From positions 1 to 47,892 of the forward strand of contig CACZYB010000008.1 of assembly GCA_902785275.1 (NCBI GenBank): a stretch of 47,892 bases of DNA. The letters run 5' to 3'. The notes under the pieces are model-generated. The model was not told the origin of the DNA and searched no databases. It saw only the letters and a list, made by a program, of their open reading frames with translations. Of the stretch, positions 1 to 7,616 are shown piece by piece; position 1 is the first letter of the stretch; the number at the start of each line of letters is the position of its first letter. The position numbers and the translations under genes are program-made. This DNA is from an uncultured Pseudomonadota bacterium. Its GTDB lineage: Bacteria > Pseudomonadota > Alphaproteobacteria > Rs-D84 > CACZYB01.

Positions 1-225
1 AAGAATAATGATTTTTATCATTTGTTTTTTTCAGATATTTATTGGAATGATGATATTGGTGAAAAAATATTTATTAGTGAAAAATTTATAAAAGAAATAG
101 CAAAAAGTCCGAATGCTAGAACGTTATATTTTATCTTTTTTACATATCCTTGGTGTTTTGAATTTGAAAATTATTCTTTTAGAATCATAGAAGATGCAAT
201 TTATGATATTTTAAAGAAGGATTAA
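1..225 (+). CDS. 3' end of putative immunity gene, truncated by the window edge; near-identical to C-terminal module of 1643..2266
   Basis: Frame 1 open from base 1 (KNNDFYHLFFSDIYWNDDIGEKIFISEKF...); protein almost identical to the last ~67 aa of 1643..2266. Confidence 0.75.
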   Translation, partial: KNNDFYHLFFSDIYWNDDIGEKIFISEKFIKEIAKSPNARTLYFIFFTYPWCFEFENYSFRIIEDAIYDILKKD

Positions 226-233
226 CAATGTAT
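25..233 (+). repeat. Direct repeat copy 1 (~200 bp; copy 2 at ~2066-2274)
   Basis: tttttttcagat(a/g)tttattggaatgatgatattggtgaaaaaatattt...gattaa(c/t)aatgtat occurs twice with few substitutions. Confidence 0.95.
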
Positions 234-246
234 TAGGAAAATTAAA

Positions 247-864
247 ATGAAATCTTTATTAGATAATTTTCATATTTCGAAATTAACAGAAGATGAATTA
301 TTTTCAGTTAAAAATTTTTTAAAAAGTAATTTTGATTTTAAACAATCTTCTTATAGTGGAATTGATGATAAAGTTATTAATGTGTATAAACCAATTTTTA
401 AAAAATCTTATTTAAAGAACAATAATTTAGTTTTAATTCCTTTTATTCAAGATTGGGATGAAATAGACTTTTTATCTAAATTGTTAGATTACTATAAAAA
501 ATTAAAAGTAATAAATAAGGTATATGTATGCAATACTCAAATATTATATCAAGAAAATATTGATAAAGGATTTAGTATTAATTTTAAATTTAACAATAAT
601 GGATTAAGTCTAAAAGATGAAGCTAAATTTAGATATGATTATACGATTATCTGTCCAGATAATTTTTCTTTCAGTGTTATTTTAGATAATGATGATGATT
701 TTCTTTTTGCAATCAATAGAAATGAAATATTGAAAATAGCATCAAATGATGAACTGAAATCTTATTACAATATTCTAGATTTTAAATCAAAAGATCTTTA
801 CTTGTCTTTATATCAAAACTTTTGTAATTGTGATTATTATAAGGATTTTTATTTATATAAATGA
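247..864 (+). CDS. Hypothetical protein, putative immunity protein
   Basis: 205 aa ORF with AGGA RBS; array context only, no recognisable family. Confidence 0.6.
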   Translation: MKSLLDNFHISKLTEDELFSVKNFLKSNFDFKQSSYSGIDDKVINVYKPIFKKSYLKNNNLVLIPFIQDWDEIDFLSKLLDYYKKLKVINKVYVCNTQILYQENIDKGFSINFKFNNNGLSLKDEAKFRYDYTIICPDNFSFSVILDNDDDFLFAINRNEILKIASNDELKSYYNILDFKSKDLYLSLYQNFCNCDYYKDFYLYK

Positions 865-883
865 TTAGATTTTTAATCTATGA
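859..883 (+). repeat. Cassette junction motif copy 1 (AAATGAYTARATTWWTRAYYTAY)
   Basis: aaATGATTAGATTTTTAATCTAT overlapping the stop of 247..864; related copies at 1561, 3221, 8734. Confidence 0.8.
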
Positions 884-1004
884 TTATAAAGTTATAGGAG
901 AGTATAATGGAAAAGCTGAAGTAAGAAAAATCGAATCAGAAACTATAGATATGTTTAGATTCAGAGATCCAGATAGTTTACCGGGAAATAAAGGAAGGCA
1001 CTAA
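861..1004 (+). pseudogene. 47 aa chimeric mini-ORF: junction stub MIRFLIY fused to a probable toxin C-terminal remnant
   Basis: MIRFLIYDYKVIGEYNGKAEVRKIESETIDMFRFRDPDSLPGNKGRH*, stop abuts ATG at 1005. Confidence 0.55.
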
Positions 1005-1562
1005 ATGAAAAACAATATTTTTAAAATTTTACCAAATGCTGAAGGAATCTTTTTTATAAAAAAAAGTGTGAAAGTTTTATTTGGAATGACAAAAAATTCT
1101 GTGGATAATTTATTTGGAATTATTTCAAATTTTCACAGTAAAGTTATTTGTAAATATCCACAAAATAAAATAATTATAGAATATAAATACATTTACAAAG
1201 AATTTTCCTTATATATGACGTTTATTGATGATAGTTTGGAACTTATACAATTTAATGGAAATAAAAATTCCTTACAGTTTGATAATATAGAATTAACAAA
1301 TAATGATTATAAAAATACTTTAGAAAATCTAAAAAAGATGAAAGTTGATATAACTAAAAATTCAGTACCAGTTTGCGATGAATATTTTGTTAATAAACTT
1401 TGCTGTTCTATTCTAATTTGGGAAGGTAAATTTGATGTTGTTAATGTATACTCTAAAAATTTTCTAGCTAGAAGAAAAAATGATTTAAATAATTTTTTAA
1501 GTAAAATGAGTAGAGATGAAGATGATAATGTTGTCATTAGATATACAAAAATTAAAAAATAA
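1005..1562 (+). CDS. Hypothetical protein, putative immunity protein
   Basis: 185 aa ORF directly after a toxin-like stub and followed by the junction motif. Confidence 0.6.
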   Translation: MKNNIFKILPNAEGIFFIKKSVKVLFGMTKNSVDNLFGIISNFHSKVICKYPQNKIIIEYKYIYKEFSLYMTFIDDSLELIQFNGNKNSLQFDNIELTNNDYKNTLENLKKMKVDITKNSVPVCDEYFVNKLCCSILIWEGKFDVVNVYSKNFLARRKNDLNNFLSKMSRDEDDNVVIRYTKIKK

Positions 1563-1589
1563 ATGACTAAATTTTTAACTTACATATTT
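1561..1589 (+). repeat. Cassette junction motif copy 2
   Basis: aaATGACTAAATTTTTAACTTACATATTT (reads MTKFLTYIF) immediately after the stop of 1005..1562. Confidence 0.8.
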
Positions 1590-1594
1590 ATCCT

Positions 1595-1627
1595 TATAAA
1601 ACATTTTATGACATAAAAAAGAAGTAA
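1595..1627 (+). pseudogene. C-terminal remnant of a barnase-like RNase toxin
   Basis: YKTFYDIKKK* resembles the barnase C-terminus (DHYQTFTKIR) and lies 15 bp upstream of a barstar gene. Confidence 0.55.
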
Positions 1628-1642
1628 CAAAGGGAAAATAAA

Positions 1643-2266
1643 ATGATAAAAGCAAAATATGTAGAAGATATATCAAGTATCAAAAATCTTCTTATTATAG
1701 ATGGCAAAAAGTGTAAAACAAAACAGGACTTATTTAAAGAATATGCAACAGTATTAAAATTTCCTGATTACTTTGGTTATAATTGGATGGCTTTTGATGA
1801 GTGTATTAGGGATTTTGATTTCCCAGAATACGATGGTAAAGATGATATCTTTGTTTTTGTTAAAAATATAGAGGATGTTCTAACTGAAGAAAAATTTGAG
1901 AAATGTACATATTTTAGAACATTTACAAATTTTTTTGAAAAAGTTAATTTTGGAGAAGAATGGGATAAAAATATTTATTTTGTATTTGATAAATATACTT
2001 TGATATTTTTACGAAAAGAAATAATTAAAATTTTTGAGGAAGATTATGATTATTTTCATCCTGTATTTTTTTCAGATGTTTATTGGAATGATGATATTGG
2101 TGAAAAAATATTTATTAGTGAAAAATTTATAAAAGAAATAGCAAAAAGTCCGAATGCTAGAACATTATATTTTATCTTTTTTACATATCCTTGGTGTTTT
2201 GAATTCGAAAAATATTCTTTTAGAATAGTAGAAGATATGATCTATGATATTTTAAAAAAGGATTAA
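1643..2266 (+). CDS. Barstar-family immunity protein with extra C-terminal module
   Basis: IIDGKKCKTKQDLF...LKFPDYFGYNWMAFDECIRD matches the barstar FPxYFGxNWDAxxDCL motif. Confidence 0.85.
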   Translation: MIKAKYVEDISSIKNLLIIDGKKCKTKQDLFKEYATVLKFPDYFGYNWMAFDECIRDFDFPEYDGKDDIFVFVKNIEDVLTEEKFEKCTYFRTFTNFFEKVNFGEEWDKNIYFVFDKYTLIFLRKEIIKIFEEDYDYFHPVFFSDVYWNDDIGEKIFISEKFIKEIAKSPNARTLYFIFFTYPWCFEFEKYSFRIVEDMIYDILKKD

Positions 2267-2274
2267 TAATGTAT
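2066..2274 (+). repeat. Direct repeat copy 2 (of 25-233)
   Basis: Direct sequence comparison. Confidence 0.95.
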
Positions 2275-2814
2275 AAGTTAAAAAAAATTAAATTAAATCT
2301 TGAACAATATAATGTAGTTAGGGATGTTTTAAATTTATCTTTAATTGATAATAGCATAAAGATAAAATTAAATATTAAACAGTACGATATTTTGAAAAAA
2401 ATTTTAAAATTACCACATTCAGATATCCTTTATTTGAATGAAAATGAAGAAATTATGAAGGATTATTGTGTTGTTTCATATTTAGATTTAAGAGAATATA
2501 ACGAAAATGATGGTTTTCAAATTGATAAAATACAAATGAAGTTAAGCATAAAAGAATATAACGGATTAAAAGACATTTTAAAATCTTCACAAAAAATAGA
2601 TTTAAGTGAATATGATTTCGATTATAAAACGCTAAAATCAAACATAGAATTTATAAAATATAATAATGATTATTTTATTACTGGAGATATAGATAATTTA
2701 CTTAATTTAAGAGAGGTTATTGAAGATTATTTTTTGATGAATGGCTTTAAAAATGATGAACCTACAGAAGAAGGACTCTTATATGAGGATTTAATAGATT
2801 TATTGTATTTTTAA
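2269..2814 (+). CDS. Putative immunity protein with three internal K(I/M)KLxxxxY repeats
   Basis: KIKLNLEQYNVVRDVL / KIKLNIKQYDILKKIL / QMKLSIKEYNGLKDIL; acidic C-terminus GFKNDEPTEEGLLYEDLID. Confidence 0.6.
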   Translation: MYKLKKIKLNLEQYNVVRDVLNLSLIDNSIKIKLNIKQYDILKKILKLPHSDILYLNENEEIMKDYCVVSYLDLREYNENDGFQIDKIQMKLSIKEYNGLKDILKSSQKIDLSEYDFDYKTLKSNIEFIKYNNDYFITGDIDNLLNLREVIEDYFLMNGFKNDEPTEEGLLYEDLIDLLYF

Positions 2815-2828
2815 TAATGAAATACTGA

Positions 2829-2903
2829 AAGATAATTGTTCAAATTTCAAATAAATATGATAAAAATTGGAAATGGCCTGCTAACTTAAAAGAAAAAAAA
2901 TAG
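2829..2903 (+). pseudogene. C-terminal remnant of a colicin E5-like tRNase toxin
   Basis: KIIVQISNKYDKNWKWPANLKEKK* resembles ColE5 (EVTQISDKTDPGW); no start codon; ends 8 bp before the next gene. Confidence 0.65.
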
Positions 2904-2911
2904 GAATAAAA

Positions 2912-3226
2912 ATGTCAATAGAAGAAAAAATATTACCTTTGTTAAAAAAAATTAATTTACCAACAATAATTTGGAATGATAATGTTTTGTTGTTTCATGT
3001 TGCAGATGTATTAAAATTTATGGATTTTTGCGATAAAAATAGAATAAATATATTGGGAATGGAAGGTTTTAGAATTTTAAAAGATAAAATACAACCAGAT
3101 TTACAATATATATATGATGGAGAAACTACAGATATAAATCGTAAATTTTTTCAAAAAGATCTGCAAAGTAATTTTAGTCAAATGAAAGATTTGTATTTTG
3201 AATTTGTTTTAGAAGAAATTAAATGA
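2912..3226 (+). CDS. ImmE5/Imm40-like immunity protein
   Basis: DVLKFMDFCDKNRINILGMEGF resembles ImmE5 AIEVCNEAAKKGLWILGIDGG; follows a ColE5-like stub. Confidence 0.65.
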   Translation: MSIEEKILPLLKKINLPTIIWNDNVLLFHVADVLKFMDFCDKNRINILGMEGFRILKDKIQPDLQYIYDGETTDINRKFFQKDLQSNFSQMKDLYFEFVLEEIK

Positions 3227-3249
3227 TTAGATTTTTGATCTATATTTTT
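3221..3249 (+). repeat. Cassette junction motif copy 3
   Basis: aaATGATTAGATTTTTGATCTATATTTTT overlapping the stop of 2912..3226. Confidence 0.8.
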
Positions 3250-3405
3250 CTTTTATTCTTTCCATTTACCTCATCAGTAAATGCACAGGTGGCGGAGGAT
3301 ATTCAACGTCATCAGCAGAATTTGATTGATGCTGGATTTCAAAAGCAAGAACTTGATCGTGCAATACAGCAAACTCCCGCTTCAACATTCAAATATGCTG
3401 AACCA
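3223..3405 (+). pseudogene. N-terminal fragment of a signal-peptide protein (possibly TpsB/CdiB/ShlB-type transporter)
   Basis: MIRFLIYIFLLFFPFTSSVNA signal peptide then Q-rich IQRHQQNLI...QELDRAIQQ; switches to unrelated sequence near residue 60. Confidence 0.45.
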
Positions 3406-3669
3406 ATTGATATAAGAAAAATAGTCTTTGATAATGCGGCAAATCAATGACAACCTACGGCAATTAGAAATTTATAGAAAGTGTTAGATGTAAAAGTCGA
3501 TGGTGCTATTGGTCCTGAAACTTTAAAGGCTGTTGAAAATAGAAATTTTGATGAATTAAAAATGAGATTAACAGAAGAAATAACAAATACATATAAAGAT
3601 ATTATAAAAAGAGATCCTAAACAAATTTATCACCAAAAGGGTTGGTTAAATAGGACAAATAGATACTAA
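3406..3669 (+). pseudogene. C-terminal fragment of GH108 / PG_binding_3 muramidase with two in-frame stops
   Basis: IVFDNAANQ*QPTAIRNL*KVLDVKVDGAIGPETL...KGWLNR in one frame; stops at 3448 (TGA) and 3475 (TAG). Confidence 0.8.
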
Positions 3670-3670
3670 A

Positions 3671-3991
3671 TTATTTTGAATTATAGGGATGTAAATTGTA
3701 TAATTTTAAATAAAGAATATCTTTATTTGTTTTAGAATTACAGTATTTTTCAAAACTTAAAGGGGTCTTGTATTTTTCTATATACTTCCTATTATTCCCG
3801 TCTTGTAAAATAATTTTGTCGCATAAATACATAATATTTTTTCTGGTTTCTAAATCCCCTTCCATTATATAAAAATTACAAATACCTTTACAATCTGTTA
3901 TTGAAACATGATAATATTTTTCAGTATTATTGGGAAACATTTTTCCCATATATCCAGTAAATTTTTTGTTTATAATATCATTAATAAGCAA
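3671..3991 (-). CDS. Hypothetical protein, probably 5'-truncated
   Basis: 106 aa ORF with TTG start, no clear RBS, in-frame stop 5 codons upstream. Confidence 0.4.
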   Translation of the reverse strand: MLINDIINKKFTGYMGKMFPNNTEKYYHVSITDCKGICNFYIMEGDLETRKNIMYLCDKIILQDGNNRKYIEKYKTPLSFEKYCNSKTNKDILYLKLYNLHPYNSK

Positions 3992-4124
3992 ATTATCATC
4001 TGCTTAAGAGCTATTTATTTAAGAATTTTTATTATCTAAAATCGTTGTAGCTCCTTATTTTCTGCAATTTCATAACCTGTGGGGCGGTTGTATAGATGTT
4101 CTATTTAATTGGAATGAATTAAAC

Positions 4125-4376
4125 TTATCGTGTATTAAGAGTTTTAGCTTTATTTAATGCATCTAAAAGATGTAAAGTTCTATAACAAGGTTTACCTTTA
4201 TTATTTAGAACAACTATTGAGTTATCTTGTAGAACAATTTTGTTTTTTCCAACAAACAAAGTATTATTTATCATTTTCATATAATACATAAGTTGTTCTT
4301 CTGCAGAAGGTAGACCTTCATTTTTATTGAAACGATTTTGCCTATCGAATTCTTGTTCTAAATTGAAATAACACAT
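4125..4376 (-). CDS. Hypothetical protein
   Basis: 83 aa ORF with AGGA RBS upstream. Confidence 0.55.
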   Translation of the reverse strand: MCYFNLEQEFDRQNRFNKNEGLPSAEEQLMYYMKMINNTLFVGKNKIVLQDNSIVVLNNKGKPCYRTLHLLDALNKAKTLNTR

Positions 4377-4597
4377 TGTAATATCCTAAAAATAAACAGG
4401 TAACATAATGTATTTATTATAAATAAAAAAGCAATTTTATCAATAAAATTGTAAGTTATTTGCTTTGGTTTAAATTCTTATATTCCTACTGTTAAATTTC
4501 TATTTTAAAAAACTACCAAGAGTGAATATTTTAATCATTTTAACGTTAAAAATACAAATTCGGATAACTTTTAATATTATTCTTTTTCATATTTAAT

Positions 4598-4625
4598 TTG
4601 ACTTTAATCTTGGGTGTTCTATAAT
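4598..4625 (+). promoter_or_regulatory. Sigma70-type promoter for the RNA repair gene
   Basis: TTGACT-N16-TATAAT, then AGGAG RBS at 4646-4650. Confidence 0.65.
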
Positions 4626-4654
4626 ATTTATAGTGTAGTTTAATAGGAGTTTTT

Positions 4655-6895
4655 ATGAGAAATTTAGTATTGCTTCGTGGTATTTCTGCATCTGGTAAAT
4701 CAACATGGTTAAAGGAAAATAAACTTGAACAATATACTGTATCGGCAGATAATTTAAGGTTATTGTATGCTGGTGTTGAGTATAATGCAATTGGACAGCA
4801 ATGTATTTCACAAAAATCGGATGTAAAAGTATGGCGTGAGTTGTTTAATATTGTAGAAACTCGTATGAAATATGGTTTATTGACAATTGTTGATGCAACA
4901 CATACTTCTGAAAAAGCTATTAAGGCATATGATAGTTTGTGTGAACAATACAATTATCGAATGACTATTATAGAATTTGATATCGATGTAGAGGAAGCTA
5001 TAAAAAGAAATTCAGAAAGGGATGAATACAAAAAAGTCCCTGAAGATGTAATTAGAAATATGGCAAAAAAGTTAAATGATCCTTTATCTTCAAAACATCA
5101 AAAATGTATCATAAAAAGCAATTCTCTTGGTGGAAATAGTCCTACATTGTTTCAATATTTATCAAATGATTTTTATGATTTAGGCAAATATGATAAGATT
5201 ATTGTATTTGGAGATATTCATGCATCTTATTCTCCATTAAAGGAATATTTTGATAATGCTCCATATTCTGAAAAGAATTTTTATATATTTATAGGGGATT
5301 ATTTAGATAGAAATTATCAAGCAAATGAAGTTGTTGAATTTATTTTTGATATGATGCAAAAGGACAATGTCATACTTTTACAGGGTAATCATGAAAATCA
5401 TATAAAAAAGATTATTCGGGGTGAGTCTTTTAAAGAAACAACTGATGAATTTGTTAAAACTTGGTCTTTGTTATCTGAAGAGAATAGAGAAAAATTAAAA
5501 ACAATTGGGAAAAAAGTTCGTCAGGTATTCTGTTTTATGTATACAAATAAAAATGACATTAAAGATAGTTTTATTTGTACACATGGAGGTATTCCTGTTC
5601 CGTATATAAATACAGAAATACCAACTTCGCAAATAATTTGTGGTGTTGGAAGATATTCTGATATGCAAGGATGTGATGAAAATTTTGCAAAATTAAGCAA
5701 AAATGAAACTATTAAAAATCATACTACTATATATTCTATTCATGGACACAGAAATCTTGAAAATGTTGATATTCAAAATACAGATAGAACATTTAATCTT
5801 TGTGATGATATAGAACATGGTGGATACTTACGTATTTTGGAAATAACGAAAGATGGATTTAATCCAATAAAAATAAAAAATAATGATTATATAAAGAAAT
5901 CTGATCAGTTATACACTAATGATATAGTAAAAAAATTACATGAGTGTGGATATGTAAAGGAAAAGTTATTAGATGATGGTATCGTATCATTTAACTTTAC
6001 GAGAGAGGCTTTTAGAAAAAACAATTTTAATGATATTTCTGTATTGGCAAGAGGTTTGTTTGTTGATTCAGAAAGTGGTAAAATTATAGCTAGAAGTTAT
6101 AATAAATTCTTTAATGCATGGTTTAAAGAAAATGAAACTAATTCTGAAAAAGAGTATGGAGATTGCTCTATCTATTCTCTTGAAAACAAACTTAAATTTC
6201 CTGTTTTTGTTTATAAAAAAGAAAATGGATATTTAGGTATTGTTTCGTGGAATTACAAAATAGATGATTTTTTTGTGGCCTCTAAATCTACTAATCAAGG
6301 GGATTATGCTCAACATTTTAAAGAAATGTTTGAGGAATATTTAAAAAAATTATCTGATGATCAAAAAGAAAAATTAATAGAAATTGTAAAATCAGGTAAA
6401 TCTATGATATTTGAAGTAATAGATGAAATTTTTGATCCTCATATAATTCGTAACGAAAAACCACAAAAATTTGTATTATTGGATATTGTAAACAATGATT
6501 TTTCAGAAACCTATATGGGATATGATGATTTATTGATTTTGGGGCAAAATCTTTTATTAAATGTAAAGACTAAAGTTAAAGAAATACAAAATTTCAAAGA
6601 GTTAATTGGTTGGTTGGAAACTTATAATGTTTATAACTTAGATGACATTACTTTTTCCAATGATTTTGCAATAGAAGGGTTTGTTATGAAAGACAGTAAT
6701 GATTTTAGATTTAAGTTTAAAACAGCCTACTATTGTTTTTGGAAGAGTTTACGAAATAAACTTGAGGTAATAAAACTTGGTAATAAAGTTAAAAACTGGT
6801 CAAAAGATGAACTAAAGGTTATGGATGTTTGTGGCGATAAACAATTTGATAATGTCCTTGAACTTAGAGAAGCGTATTTTAAAGGAAAAAACTAA
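4655..6895 (+). CDS. Trifunctional RNA repair enzyme: polynucleotide kinase + metallophosphoesterase + Rnl1-type RNA ligase
   Basis: Walker A GISASGKST and DNLR; GDIH, GDYLDR, GNHE, THGG, HGH; ligase motifs RGLF, KFFN, KENG, FEVI, EGFV, KFK. Confidence 0.9.
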   Translation: MRNLVLLRGISASGKSTWLKENKLEQYTVSADNLRLLYAGVEYNAIGQQCISQKSDVKVWRELFNIVETRMKYGLLTIVDATHTSEKAIKAYDSLCEQYNYRMTIIEFDIDVEEAIKRNSERDEYKKVPEDVIRNMAKKLNDPLSSKHQKCIIKSNSLGGNSPTLFQYLSNDFYDLGKYDKIIVFGDIHASYSPLKEYFDNAPYSEKNFYIFIGDYLDRNYQANEVVEFIFDMMQKDNVILLQGNHENHIKKIIRGESFKETTDEFVKTWSLLSEENREKLKTIGKKVRQVFCFMYTNKNDIKDSFICTHGGIPVPYINTEIPTSQIICGVGRYSDMQGCDENFAKLSKNETIKNHTTIYSIHGHRNLENVDIQNTDRTFNLCDDIEHGGYLRILEITKDGFNPIKIKNNDYIKKSDQLYTNDIVKKLHECGYVKEKLLDDGIVSFNFTREAFRKNNFNDISVLARGLFVDSESGKIIARSYNKFFNAWFKENETNSEKEYGDCSIYSLENKLKFPVFVYKKENGYLGIVSWNYKIDDFFVASKSTNQGDYAQHFKEMFEEYLKKLSDDQKEKLIEIVKSGKSMIFEVIDEIFDPHIIRNEKPQKFVLLDIVNNDFSETYMGYDDLLILGQNLLLNVKTKVKEIQNFKELIGWLETYNVYNLDDITFSNDFAIEGFVMKDSNDFRFKFKTAYYCFWKSLRNKLEVIKLGNKVKNWSKDELKVMDVCGDKQFDNVLELREAYFKGKN

Positions 6896-6939
6896 TGTAT
6901 AAATTAAAAAAATAAAATTAAAATCAGAAAAAGATAAAA

Positions 6940-7605
6940 ATGAAATTTAAAGCAAAATTATATATAAATACAGATATAAATGGTGGTAAAGGATTTCAAA
7001 TACCACGTAGTTGTCGAACAGGTTTTCATTTTTTTAAGGGTAATTCCGGCTTTTGGAGTGGACAAATACGTTACTCTGAGAAGTATGATATTATTTATCC
7101 TGGTCAAACCTATGATATTGATGTTTGCATTTATTGGGGGAAGTCGTTTTTTTATCGTATAAACTATTCAAATGAAATTTTTATATCATCAAAACCAGAT
7201 CATGTTTGGGGTAAAATTATAATACCAGATGATGAAATAAAAAAAATAAAACAAGAATGTAAAATAAAAATCATTACAGAAATTTTACCAAAAGAAATAA
7301 TACAAAAAGGCTTTATTACAGAAACTAATGATATTGCTTTTTATGCAAAAGAAATTTTTCAAATTATAGAAATACTTAAAAATAACAATATTGCGATTTT
7401 AGGCGGAAATGTTTTTGTTAAAATTGACAATGTAATAAAATATAGTTCAGATTCTGGAAACTGGCATTGTGATATGATGTTAAATGAAAGCTTTAAGGAT
7501 TTTCAAAAAAAATCATTGAAAACAACAATTAATTATTTAAACAATCTATCAAGAAAAGATGATTATTTGTATAACCTTATTCCTATAGAAGAGTCTGAGT
7601 TTTAA
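6940..7605 (+). CDS. Fusion of EF-Tu domain III-like beta-barrel and Imm40-family immunity domain
   Basis: N-term GGKGFQIPRSCRTGFHF...WSGQI...IYPGQ; C-term IAILGGNVF...NWHCD...SLKTTINYL...YLYNLI typical of Imm40. Confidence 0.7.
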   Translation: MKFKAKLYINTDINGGKGFQIPRSCRTGFHFFKGNSGFWSGQIRYSEKYDIIYPGQTYDIDVCIYWGKSFFYRINYSNEIFISSKPDHVWGKIIIPDDEIKKIKQECKIKIITEILPKEIIQKGFITETNDIAFYAKEIFQIIEILKNNNIAILGGNVFVKIDNVIKYSSDSGNWHCDMMLNESFKDFQKKSLKTTINYLNNLSRKDDYLYNLIPIEESEF

Positions 7606-7616
7606 AGGAAAATAAA

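Noticed and set aside
3448-3477. Stop-codon reassignment (TGA=Gly, TAG=Gln) in the GH108 frame
   Set aside because: Neighbouring genes use TGA and TAG as real stops; each is one substitution from GGA or CAG and the gene is also 5'-truncated, so pseudogenisation is simpler.
4398-4425. dif/pdif-like site (ggTAACATAAtgtatTTATtataaat)
   Set aside because: Only a partial XerD arm, a 5 bp rather than 6 bp spacer, and a single copy in very AT-rich DNA.
4546-4953. 135 aa minus-strand ORF
   Set aside because: Antisense to the kinase domain and promoter of the RNA repair gene.
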